Positions 27,609-36,425 of a stretch of DNA of 49,274 bases are shown piece by piece (the first letter of the stretch is position 1; each line of letters opens with the position of its first letter). A model generated the notes under the pieces. The model was given only the letters and a program-made list of their open reading frames with translations. It was not told where the DNA came from and did no database searches. The translations under genes were made by a program, and so were the position numbers. The stretch spans positions 1-49,274 of the forward strand of contig JAQBTR010000004.1 in assembly GCA_027624915.1 (NCBI GenBank), written 5' to 3'. Origin of the DNA: a bacterium. Its GTDB lineage: Bacteria; Patescibacteriota; Minisyncoccia; Ryanbacterales; GWA2-47-10b.

Positions 27609-27668
27609 TTATTTCTTGTCTTTCTTGGGCTTCTTTTTTTCTTTTCTTCTGTCTTGTGATTTTGCCAT
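27609..27668 (-). CDS. 19-aa lysine-rich peptide MAKSQDRRKEKKKPKKDKK
   Basis: ATG at 27668, TAA at 27609, followed by a hairpin and T run. Below the ORF track's length cutoff. Confidence 0.5.
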   Translation of the reverse strand: MAKSQDRRKEKKKPKKDKK

Positions 27669-27697
27669 AAAGCTATTTTGGCTTTGTAATGATTCTA

Positions 27698-28270
27698 TTA
27701 TACCTCCTTATGCCTAAAACATGCTACTTCATGATCGTTTACCATTCCTATTGTTTGCAAGATTGCATAGATAATTGTCGAACCAACGAAGCTCATTCCT
27801 CTCTTTTTAAGGTCTCGGCTTATAGCATCTGATAGTTCGGTTGAGGCAGGAACCTGAGATATATACTTCCACTTGTTTTGTACTGTCTTACCTCCAGAAA
27901 AACCCCAAATGTATGTATCGAAAGAACCAAACTCTTTTTGTATATCTATAAACACCTTTGCGTTTTTTACTGCCGAGGCAATCTTAAGTCTATTTCGTAC
28001 AATGCCCTCGTTCTTTAATAAAGTCTCTGCTTTTTTTGCGTTATACTTTGAAACCTTCTTAACATCAAAATTATCGAAGGCTTTTCGATAATTTTCACGT
28101 TTATTCAAAATCGTTCTCCATGAAAGACCTGCCTGAGCGCCATCTAACGTAAGAACCTCAAATAAACGTCTGTCATCGTGTAACGGCACACCCCACTCCT
28201 TATCGTGATACTGTGCCATAAGTGTATCGCTATCATTCAATGGCCAACATCGCTTTTTTCCTTTTTTCAT
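27698..28270 (-). CDS. tag: DNA-3-methyladenine glycosylase I
   Basis: RCW, YHDKEWGVP, AQAGLSWRTIL, IVRNRLKI and GMVNDHEVAC. Confidence 0.95.
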   Translation of the reverse strand: MKKGKKRCWPLNDSDTLMAQYHDKEWGVPLHDDRRLFEVLTLDGAQAGLSWRTILNKRENYRKAFDNFDVKKVSKYNAKKAETLLKNEGIVRNRLKIASAVKNAKVFIDIQKEFGSFDTYIWGFSGGKTVQNKWKYISQVPASTELSDAISRDLKKRGMSFVGSTIIYAILQTIGMVNDHEVACFRHKEV

Positions 28271-28290
28271 AATCTTATCTGACGAACAAT

Positions 28291-28494
28291 CTACAAAAGA
28301 CCATCAAGCGAGCCTGCATAGGTACTAAGAAATGCAGGTATTGCGAATACCAAACCAATTGCTGGTAATACAACAAGAGCAATAGTAACCCATGTAACAA
28401 TGAGAAAGTACTTGCGTGTCTTCTCTACCGACACATATATTGCACTCAGCTTCTCGTCCTGTTCCTCAAACTTTTTTAATACTACTTCATCCAT
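28291..28494 (-). CDS. Small membrane protein
   Basis: Coiled-coil N-terminus, then SVEKTRKYF and a TM helix; TATGAT 6 nt upstream. Confidence 0.65.
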   Translation of the reverse strand: MDEVVLKKFEEQDEKLSAIYVSVEKTRKYFLIVTWVTIALVVLPAIGLVFAIPAFLSTYAGSLDGLL

Positions 28495-28513
28495 ACATAA
28501 ATCATATCACGAT

Positions 28514-28861
28514 TTATTTCAAAAATTCTAATACGTTTTCTGGTGGGCGGCCGATGACTGCCTTTTGGCCGAACACAACAATGGGACGCTCAATGAGTAT
28601 CGGGTTTTCTACCATCATTTCTATAAGCTCCTTCTCTGTCATCTCTTTGTCAGAATACAACTCCTTGTATACCGACTCGCCCTTACGAACGAGATCGATC
28701 GCCTCCATTTCTAACTTACCGAGTAGTTCTCTCAACTGGACTTCGGTTGGAGGATTTTGTAGATACTCTATAACCTCCACATCAACATTATGTTCGCGCA
28801 ACAAATCAAAAGTAGCTCTACTCTTACTACATCTTGGATTGTGATATATTGTTGCCTTCAT
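28514..28861 (-). CDS. arsC: Arsenate reductase (ArsC/Spx family)
   Basis: IYHNPRCSKSR, IEYL and NPILIERPIV. Confidence 0.92.
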   Translation of the reverse strand: MKATIYHNPRCSKSRATFDLLREHNVDVEVIEYLQNPPTEVQLRELLGKLEMEAIDLVRKGESVYKELYSDKEMTEKELIEMMVENPILIERPIVVFGQKAVIGRPPENVLEFLK

Positions 28862-29136
28862 GTTGCCGGACTAGGATTCCGCTTCGTGACATTGTTTCCC
28901 TACGAACACGGTGAGTAATTGGAAACAAGAAATGCTCTTGTGGTGCTAGAACCCGTCGTCGTAAACTCCTCCTTGAGAACCCACGGTTCTCAAACGCTTC
29001 GCTATTTCCTCCACGGGGAAACAAATGTTTCCCCGACCCCCTTCTTAGGTTCGAATCCCCTATATATTAGCAAACAAAAATAAAATAACCCACCCCCTTG
29101 GCGAGTTATTTTATTTATGTTGCCGGACTAGGATTC
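28860..29136 (-). mobile_element. tRNA-Gln-linked mini-element bounded by 20-bp direct repeats of the tRNA 3' end
   Basis: ATGTTGCCGGACTAGGATTC at 28860-28879 and 29117-29136; inverted T-arm copy at 29046-29058; contains family B copy 3. Confidence 0.6.
28884..28947 (+). repeat. Family B hairpin repeat, copy 3
   Basis: TCGTGAC.TTGTTT...AAACAAGAAAT.CTCTTGTGGTGCT. Confidence 0.8.
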
Positions 29137-29190
29137 GAACCTAGATAGGCGGCACCAAAAGCCGCAGTCCTACCATTAGACGATCCGGCA
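29120..29190 (-). tRNA. tRNA-Gln (anticodon UUG), CCA not encoded
   Basis: TGCCGGA/TCCGGCA acceptor stem, GCGGC-TTTTGGT-GCCGC anticodon arm, CTAGG-TTCGAAT-CCTAG T arm. Confidence 0.95.
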
Positions 29191-29196
29191 ATATCT

Positions 29197-29874
29197 CTAA
29201 CTTAAGTACTCTATCACACCTTCTACCCACCCATCAATTCTACGATTTAGGTCCGTACTGCGTTGAATAACCACCTTCATAGCTCCATGATATTCTTCCT
29301 GGTTATTACTTCTCGATGTTTTTGGGTTATGTGTTTTTAATGTTAACTTGAGATCTTCTTTTTTTATCTTTAGTAAACGACACCAATATGTTTGAGACTT
29401 TAATATATTTGCTCGTTCGTGAATGTGCATCCGGTAAACAAAACGAGGTGAATCAAAATATTTTTGAGACCATTCGATAAAAAGCAATATAGTCCTTGAA
29501 TCCATATTTATAAACTCAACACCCTGGCTTGGTAACCAATCTTTTTGTTTAGAACCTTCTGCCCAGTACAGCATGACTCCAGACAACCAGAGTGGATCCT
29601 TTATAAATCGAGAGACCTCTTTTCGTGCGCTCAATTTAACATCTTGCGTTCGTTGAAGTCGTATTTCCTTTTTCTTCTTTGCCCCACGCAAAGCGGCATC
29701 AATTCTTTTCTGAGTTATTCGTTGTTTTTGTAGTTTTGACAAGCCAACATCACGCAACCATAAAGATAGGGTGGATTTCGCAACTGGAACTTCTTTCAAT
29801 ATTTCTCTATAGGAAAGACCATGTTCACGCAAACGTATAGCTTTTTGTTTTTCTCTAGACTTGGATAAAACCAT
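29197..29874 (-). CDS. HTH plus LAGLIDADG-like domain protein, directly upstream of tRNA-Gln
   Basis: LREHGLSYREI....VAKSTLSLW (HTH); LSGVMLYWAEGSK and EFINMD resemble a LAGLIDADG helix. Confidence 0.6.
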   Translation of the reverse strand: MVLSKSREKQKAIRLREHGLSYREILKEVPVAKSTLSLWLRDVGLSKLQKQRITQKRIDAALRGAKKKKEIRLQRTQDVKLSARKEVSRFIKDPLWLSGVMLYWAEGSKQKDWLPSQGVEFINMDSRTILLFIEWSQKYFDSPRFVYRMHIHERANILKSQTYWCRLLKIKKEDLKLTLKTHNPKTSRSNNQEEYHGAMKVVIQRSTDLNRRIDGWVEGVIEYLS

Positions 29875-29924
29875 GAATATATGTTATACCCATATATTAC
29901 CATGGTTTTTATGATTATCAAGCA

Positions 29925-31028
29925 CTAGTCACGGACTGATACGTCGAGTAGTGCCAATTCAACTGGGAGTTCTTGGAATGCTCCACGGAAGCCTTTATTA
30001 TGTGATTCGAGGAGTTTTACGAGGAGCAACTCGGCATCCTTACGTGGTGTATCTTTATGATCTTCGAAGAACTTGGCATGATCCTCTGAAATGTCTTTCT
30101 TGAGATCATCAAACACCTTGGGACTAAGAAGTGTCAAAAATAGAGTTCGTGATTCGTGTACCAAAAGTCGCGACAACATCTTGGGATCTAATCCCCGCTC
30201 AAGTATGCTTGCAAGTAACTCAACGATGGTCTTTGGGTCTTTGGCGAGGGCCGCGTGTAAGAGTTCGTGGACTGAGGAGAGTTTTGGTAAGCCAAACAAG
30301 TTCTCAAGAGCATCCTTGTCAGCGCCTTCTGGGTATGCATCCATGAGCTGACCGAGCATACTTTCGGCATCTCGCATCGAGCCATCTGCCAAAAATGTTA
30401 CGAGTGACGTACCGTCTTCGTCGAGTTTGTACTTTTCTTTTTTGAGAATTTCGCGAATACGCTCTCGAATCTTGTCTTGTGCTATACGACGAAACTCAAA
30501 TGATTGTGTGCGAGAAAGTATAGTGTCTGGTACACGCTCAAGCTCAGTTGTCGCCAAGATAAACATAGCGTGCGCCGGTGGTTCCTCTAATGTTTTCAAA
30601 AGTGCGTTAAATGCTTCTTTTGTAAGCATATGCACCTCATCTATGATATACACCTTACGCTTGGCATGCATTGGACTAAACCGCACAGACTCACGTAGGT
30701 CACGAATGTCATCAATACCACGATTACTGGCCGCATCAATTTCAATCAAGTCGAGAGCTTTACCGCTTGCGAAATTGATACACGAATCACATTTGTTGTC
30801 TGGCTCACCGTCTTTGCTAAGGTTCTCACAGTTGTATGCCTTGGCGAGCAAACGCGCGAGCGTTGTCTTGCCGGTACCACGCGTTCCCGAAAATACATAT
30901 GCGTGTGCAACACGATCAAGTTTGAGTGCATTACGAAGAACAGTTACCACATGGTCCTGACCAATAACCTCACCAAACGTGGTGGGTCGATACTTACGAT
31001 ACAAAACGACGTGGCCCTCCTTTTCCAT
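29925..31028 (-). CDS. dnaX: DNA polymerase III subunit gamma/tau (short form)
   Basis: LYRKYRP, GTRGTGKTT, EIDAASNRG, IIDEVHML and SRTQ. Confidence 0.97.
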   Translation of the reverse strand: MEKEGHVVLYRKYRPTTFGEVIGQDHVVTVLRNALKLDRVAHAYVFSGTRGTGKTTLARLLAKAYNCENLSKDGEPDNKCDSCINFASGKALDLIEIDAASNRGIDDIRDLRESVRFSPMHAKRKVYIIDEVHMLTKEAFNALLKTLEEPPAHAMFILATTELERVPDTILSRTQSFEFRRIAQDKIRERIREILKKEKYKLDEDGTSLVTFLADGSMRDAESMLGQLMDAYPEGADKDALENLFGLPKLSSVHELLHAALAKDPKTIVELLASILERGLDPKMLSRLLVHESRTLFLTLLSPKVFDDLKKDISEDHAKFFEDHKDTPRKDAELLLVKLLESHNKGFRGAFQELPVELALLDVSVRD

Positions 31029-31185
31029 AGAGGTACTCTAGCAAGTTTCTCCTGCTACCTCAAACCAAAAAACTAAACACACGTCTGAACGGTTTTTGAA
31101 GCTATAAGCTTCAACCTCACAACCGTCCTAAAGACGGTGAGAATGAGTGAAGAGGTAATATTAAGTTTTTTGTTGTACGTGCGTT

Positions 31186-31346
31186 CACCCCACAGACGAA
31201 TATTTAGTCGTAACGAAAGGCACAAATTTCTTGCGAAAAAAGTGAAGGATGAGGAGGTAATATCCAGCGGATATTTTGACGAGGAGTGAGCTTTTTGTAG
31301 CTAAAATTTGAGACTTGCAGTAGACTAGGGATTTGTCTGTGGGGTG
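31186..31346 (+). ncRNA. Family E 161-bp structured element, copy 1 (candidate ncRNA or mini-element)
   Basis: Co-linear with 47643-47803; the 24-bp outer stem overlaps the GtrA stop codon. Confidence 0.6.
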
Positions 31347-31951
31347 TTATCCTTAAAAACTATGAGTTTGTATCCAAAAAAGTTCCAGAAGAGAGACACT
31401 AGAGTTGCCGCTACCTTAGCTACAACCACGAATTGTTGCTGGTTAAAACTATCACGTGGAGCATATTCAATCATCAAAAACAAGATAGCCGTGTTTATTA
31501 CAATACCCATTATGGTGACGGCAACAAAAATCAAAAATTCTTTTCGCGAAGGAGCATCAGTTTCTTTGAATGTCCAACCGCGCTGCCAAAAATAACTATT
31601 TACAATAGCGATTGAAACGGAAATAACATTAAATAACAAAAGCGTTGCGCCATCATACGAAGCATTTGTTGACGTCAAATACGTAAGAATACCTGCATCC
31701 ACCGTAAAGTTCATCAACCCAACGATTGCAAAGCGTCCCATTTGTTTTAACGCAATAATATGTGAGAAGAGACGAGAGGCAATGACATATGCAACATACT
31801 CACCAATTGGTAATACAACAAACAAAGACCAAAGAGGTATAACAAAGCCCCCAAACTCACGAGATATATCGCCATATGTCACCAACAAAGACGCAAAAAA
31901 TGCGGTTACCAAACCGATTATTGCAGCATAGATATAATCTTTTTTAACCAT
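31325..31951 (-). CDS. GtrA-family membrane protein
   Basis: RFAIVGLMNFTVD, NSYFWQRGWTF and WNFFGYKLIVF. Confidence 0.9.
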   Translation of the reverse strand: MVKKDYIYAAIIGLVTAFFASLLVTYGDISREFGGFVIPLWSLFVVLPIGEYVAYVIASRLFSHIIALKQMGRFAIVGLMNFTVDAGILTYLTSTNASYDGATLLLFNVISVSIAIVNSYFWQRGWTFKETDAPSRKEFLIFVAVTIMGIVINTAILFLMIEYAPRDSFNQQQFVVVAKVAATLVSLFWNFFGYKLIVFKDNTPQTNP

Positions 31952-34364
31952 GTTTATATCGTTTCGTAATATCTGCTTCTACCTCTGCTCTATTGCTACC
32001 ATATTTCTTACGTGAACCCTCTATAATTTCTTCCCTTTGGGCTTTGTTACCATCTTCTGGCTTAGGGATAATGATATTAAATGCTTTTGATGTTTGCCCG
32101 TTTATTAATAGCTTAACATATGCATTGCGATTGTTAATGTTCATAAGATCTTGAGCATGAAATACAGGCTCAAACTGCTTCTCCATAAATTCACCGTCCT
32201 CAGATCCTACCCGGAATGCAATCATTGTGCCTACGTTACCAAAGACCGCCTTTCTGATATCATCATCAAGCTGACCCAAAAACTGATGTGCAATCACAAG
32301 ATTGAGCCTATACTTACGAGCTTCTGACAAGATAGTTGATATTGATTTGGTCGTGACATTTTGAAACTCATCTATATAGCAATAGAAGTCGCGTCTGGCG
32401 GCTTCTGCTATATCTGCTCGTGAAAGCGCTCCTATTAATATCTTGCCTACAATTATATGCCCCAAAAGAGCAGCATTAAGCTCGCCCAAGCGCCCCTTGG
32501 ATAGATTTATTAAAAGAATTTTGCCCTGATCCATCACCTCACGAAATCGAATAGTTGAATGTTCTTGCGCAATAATCGGTCGCATAATGTCGTTGGACAA
32601 GAATGTATCGAACTTGGATGTGATATATGGAACCATATTTTGTAAACTTGCCTCACCTCCAGCCTTGGTTGCTATCTTTTCCCAAAAGGTATTGACTACA
32701 ACATTACTTGAACGAGAGAGTTTGTACTTACGAAATTCTTCGTCCACCAAAACCCGCTGTACCTCCAAAAGCGTATTGCCAGATTGTGGGTCCTGCATAA
32801 CAAGCATGGTCGCATTTCGGAAATACTGCTCAAACATTGGCCCACCAGCAACCGACATGTTGTATAGCTTATTAAATATATCGAGAAGCTCATTTACGAT
32901 TGTTGTTTTTTGTTCTGGGTAACGCATATCATACTCCAAAAAATTAAGCCCCATAGGTCGCTCAACATCAGCCGGATTGAAGTAAATTACATCGTCAAAT
33001 CGTTCTTTTGGTACTGTTGCCAAAAGATCCTCTACATCTTGTCCATGTGGATCAATAAAGCAGACACCGCGTCCCGCTTGTATGTCTTGGCGTGCCATTT
33101 CTTTGAGGAGAGTAGATTTACCCGTTCCCGTCTGACCTATGACATACATATGACGGCGGCGATCATCCTCTGTTATATATACATTTTTTTGAGTGCCACG
33201 AAATGTGCTCTCACCAATTTTGAGACCCTGACCCGCAAGCTCAACTGGAGCTGGCGCCTCACGACTCTTGAGATATTGAACATTGGTTTGCGCAAACCCA
33301 GAGTATGGAAAATGAAATAACGTAGCCAACTCTTGCGCAGATGTATAGAGAGAATTACTATTTTTGAAAAGTCTGAATGAAAAATTATATACAAGCTCCT
33401 CAAGCGCCTTTCCACCAACTCGTATAAAACCAAACTGATTGCCTTCTGGATTATCAAATTGGCTAAAAGCCGACTCAAGACCTTGTAGTATAGTACCTGT
33501 TTCTTCTGGTGTTTCTGCTGAGACAAGTATACGAATGTTTACATCAAATGGATTATATGAAGCCTTACCTTCAATTTGGTGTACGAGGTTTTCATCAAAT
33601 GGCTTGTTTGGTTCTGGGTTGTCTGATGCTTTTTTAGGAGACTTGGCAAGTTGTTTTAGTTCTTGCTTGGTTCCGCCAAGTGCTTCTTTGAGAGACTTGC
33701 CACGACGCAAGTCTTGCCCAACGCGCTTACCCTCAACATTGCGAGCGCTTCGTGCTGGACGCATAACAAACTGTATGCTCGCACCATCTCCTGTGTGTTT
33801 CAATTTGGCAAAGGCGCCAGTAATTGCCTCAAGAGGGTCTTTGCTGAGTTCATTATATGTCTTAAGACTTAGTAGATTATTCTTCTTGAGCTTGAGAATT
33901 GAGCCGCCTGTCGTACCTGTTGGATGAAAAATATTGTAGTCATTCGTTTCTTCAACCTTGGCAGAAGGCATAAAGGAGTTTAGTTGATTTGCAAAATAGC
34001 TAGAGAAACGCCTCGGCATAGAAGCATAGAACACTACTTCTTCGCCAACATGCGGCAATGCTACCTCAAACGTAATTGTAGACGCGCCAAACCGCATATC
34101 ATGCCACGGTGTTGTTCTAAGAGGTTCGAGTGAAGAATAAAACTGCTCCATGGCTGCCATAATTTCTTTTGGCTCTTTTTGTTTTGCCTCCCCTGATTCT
34201 GTGTGTTCATTTTTTGGTAACAACACACGATACAATACCGTATCGAGTGCTCCAGATAATTCAAACTTACGTTTTGGCATAACAACCAATACATAAAAAA
34301 GAATAGTAGCCCCAATCGTAAGACCTGCGACACCAAAAAATACTGTTAGTAAAATATCAGCCAT
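31944..34364 (-). CDS. VirB4/TraD/HerA-like P-loop ATPase (T4SS coupling-protein-like) with an N-terminal membrane anchor
   Basis: RRRHMYVIGQTGTGKS, FIDPHG, YIDEFQN and LSEARKYRL. Confidence 0.88.
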   Translation of the reverse strand: MADILLTVFFGVAGLTIGATILFYVLVVMPKRKFELSGALDTVLYRVLLPKNEHTESGEAKQKEPKEIMAAMEQFYSSLEPLRTTPWHDMRFGASTITFEVALPHVGEEVVFYASMPRRFSSYFANQLNSFMPSAKVEETNDYNIFHPTGTTGGSILKLKKNNLLSLKTYNELSKDPLEAITGAFAKLKHTGDGASIQFVMRPARSARNVEGKRVGQDLRRGKSLKEALGGTKQELKQLAKSPKKASDNPEPNKPFDENLVHQIEGKASYNPFDVNIRILVSAETPEETGTILQGLESAFSQFDNPEGNQFGFIRVGGKALEELVYNFSFRLFKNSNSLYTSAQELATLFHFPYSGFAQTNVQYLKSREAPAPVELAGQGLKIGESTFRGTQKNVYITEDDRRRHMYVIGQTGTGKSTLLKEMARQDIQAGRGVCFIDPHGQDVEDLLATVPKERFDDVIYFNPADVERPMGLNFLEYDMRYPEQKTTIVNELLDIFNKLYNMSVAGGPMFEQYFRNATMLVMQDPQSGNTLLEVQRVLVDEEFRKYKLSRSSNVVVNTFWEKIATKAGGEASLQNMVPYITSKFDTFLSNDIMRPIIAQEHSTIRFREVMDQGKILLINLSKGRLGELNAALLGHIIVGKILIGALSRADIAEAARRDFYCYIDEFQNVTTKSISTILSEARKYRLNLVIAHQFLGQLDDDIRKAVFGNVGTMIAFRVGSEDGEFMEKQFEPVFHAQDLMNINNRNAYVKLLINGQTSKAFNIIIPKPEDGNKAQREEIIEGSRKKYGSNRAEVEADITKRYKHG

Positions 34365-34737
34365 TTGACTCTACCTCTAACACACCACGATTCTTCATGT
34401 CGTCGAGAAATTTATCGACAAGTGCATCATGAAATGCATCAATCAAATACGGATTGTGTGTATTTCTAACCTGTTTTGTAGCCTCTACAATTCCATGTGC
34501 AAATGCAGTCTGTACTAAAACAGCAACATCTTTGTCGATTTCGTCATCATCTGGTTTCGTTGGAGGTACTTGTGGTGGTGGTACACTTGACTTGATATTT
34601 TCTGTGTGTTCTTTTATTGATTCGGACACAACTTCTTTTGAACTTTGCCCTGCAACCTCTTTTCTCTTCTCGAGAATTTTCTGTTCGAGGTAATTGATCT
34701 CCTCTTCTGGAGAATTAAAATTTGGTATTTCCGTCAT
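34357..34737 (-). CDS. Hypothetical protein coupled to the ATPase gene
   Basis: NPYLIDAFHDALVD motif; 8-bp overlap with the ATPase gene. Confidence 0.75.
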   Translation of the reverse strand: MTEIPNFNSPEEEINYLEQKILEKRKEVAGQSSKEVVSESIKEHTENIKSSVPPPQVPPTKPDDDEIDKDVAVLVQTAFAHGIVEATKQVRNTHNPYLIDAFHDALVDKFLDDMKNRGVLEVESNG

Positions 34738-34792
34738 ACACAGCCATTATAACAGAATGTTCTCTAATATAGTATAATAACTGGGTATCGTT

Positions 34793-36421
34793 ATGTCGGA
34801 AAAACCACAATATATTCTTCTTGTCATTATCCTGGTTGTTGCAGGATTTTTGCGTCTCTGGCAACTTGGCTATAGTCCAGAAAACCTAGCCCAAAGCCCA
34901 CCTACTCCAGCCTCAATCCCACCCGGACTCTTTTCTGATGAAGCAATGAATGGAAATAATGCATCCGAAGCCCTTGATACGGGTAACTATAAGGTGTTTT
35001 ATCGTGAAAATAATGGCCGTGAGGGGCTCTATATTAATCTCCAGGCCCTTTCACTAAGATTCTTTGGTCATACTGCATTTGCGCTCCGTCTTGTCAGCGC
35101 ACTCTTTGGAATACTATCCATATGGGCCTTGTGGTGGTTTGCTCGCGAATATACAAAAAATGAATGGATAGCACTTGCCTCATCATTCTTTATGGCAACG
35201 AGCTTTTGGCATATTCTTTTTTCGCGTGTTGGTTTTCGTGCAATTATGGCGCCGTTCTTCCTATCGGCGGGTCTTGCCGCTCTTTATTACGGATGGAATA
35301 GAGCTAGCGATGAAACAAAACACTCAAAGATTATTATCATAAGCGCTCTTGGTGGTGTTTTGTTTGGTCTTGGTTTTCATTCCTATATCGCTTACCGAAT
35401 CGCGCCACTCTTGTTAATTCCTATTATTTGGTCATTTATCAAACTAGCCAAAAAATCAAAACACTGTGTACTGTGTATCCCTGCCATTTTTCTTTTATTT
35501 ACATTTATTGCAGGACTCCCACTCGCCTACTACTTCTTACAAAATCCCGGGGACTTTCTTGGACGTACATCACAAATTTCTATAATGAACAGCGATAATC
35601 CGATTGGTGCGTTCTTAATAAATTCTGGTAAAACAATTCAATCATTATATTTTGTTGGAGACTTTAACTGGAGACATAACTATGCAGGATTTCCAGCTCT
35701 TTGGTGGCCGGTAGCCGTATTCTTTACAATTGGTGTTATTGAAGCTGTAAGAAGAAAATACTGGATGTTATTTATTTGGTTTTTTGTGATGCTTTTGCCG
35801 GTAGCCTTTTCATCCGAGGGTGTTCCTCATTCGCTACGCGCAATTATTATGCTACCTCCTATCATGATTATTGCGGGTGTTGGGCTCCAACATGCTTGGA
35901 AACTATTTGCCGATTGGCTCAAACGAATGAAAACAGCTCACACGGAAGCTTCTTCCATCATTTTGCGCATTCAAAAAGCATTGCCTATTCTTGGTCTTGC
36001 TATTTTATTTGCTATATTCCTTTGGAATTTCGACCTCTACTTCCAAAGATGGTCTATCAGACCAGAAGTAAAACTAGCGTTCAACCGTGAAGAGCATCGT
36101 ATCGCTCTATTTCTAAATGAACTCCCAGAAGAGCTCCCAAAGTATGTGCTACTTGATCTTGACGATACCGTAGACCGCACTGGACGCCCAATGAGCATAC
36201 AGCCAATACTATTTGTCACAGATACGTATCTACCACATGCTGAAGGTCATAAGAACATACACTATATAACTCCTTTGGATGTACCAAATATTGATTGCCA
36301 AGAAGATTGTATAGTCATCCCACCAAAAAACACGATACAATCAATGAATCATCTTAAGGAATTCTTTCCTTCTATGAATCTCCAAAAAACAGAAGGTATA
36401 CTTGTCGCAAGGCCTAGGTAA
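34793..36421 (+). CDS. GT-C fold glycosyltransferase (GT39/ArnT-like)
   Basis: PPGLFSDEA acidic dyad in the first loop, WHILFSR and many TM helices. Confidence 0.88.
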   Translation: MSEKPQYILLVIILVVAGFLRLWQLGYSPENLAQSPPTPASIPPGLFSDEAMNGNNASEALDTGNYKVFYRENNGREGLYINLQALSLRFFGHTAFALRLVSALFGILSIWALWWFAREYTKNEWIALASSFFMATSFWHILFSRVGFRAIMAPFFLSAGLAALYYGWNRASDETKHSKIIIISALGGVLFGLGFHSYIAYRIAPLLLIPIIWSFIKLAKKSKHCVLCIPAIFLLFTFIAGLPLAYYFLQNPGDFLGRTSQISIMNSDNPIGAFLINSGKTIQSLYFVGDFNWRHNYAGFPALWWPVAVFFTIGVIEAVRRKYWMLFIWFFVMLLPVAFSSEGVPHSLRAIIMLPPIMIIAGVGLQHAWKLFADWLKRMKTAHTEASSIILRIQKALPILGLAILFAIFLWNFDLYFQRWSIRPEVKLAFNREEHRIALFLNELPEELPKYVLLDLDDTVDRTGRPMSIQPILFVTDTYLPHAEGHKNIHYITPLDVPNIDCQEDCIVIPPKNTIQSMNHLKEFFPSMNLQKTEGILVARPR

Positions 36422-36425
36422 ACAC

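Noticed and set aside
29925-31028. Truncated or frameshift-dependent dnaX
   Set aside because: The clamp-loader domains are complete and end in a clean stop; no downstream tau extension or slippery site was seen.
31028-31325. SRP RNA, RNase P RNA or tmRNA upstream of dnaX
   Set aside because: Their diagnostic motifs (GGAAGCAGC, GAGGAAAGTCC, a tRNA-like CCA end) were not found.
31944-34364. Conjugative element or ICE
   Set aside because: A lone VirB4/TraD-like ATPase with no relaxase, VirB genes, integrase or att boundaries. Such solo ATPases are common in CPR-type genomes.
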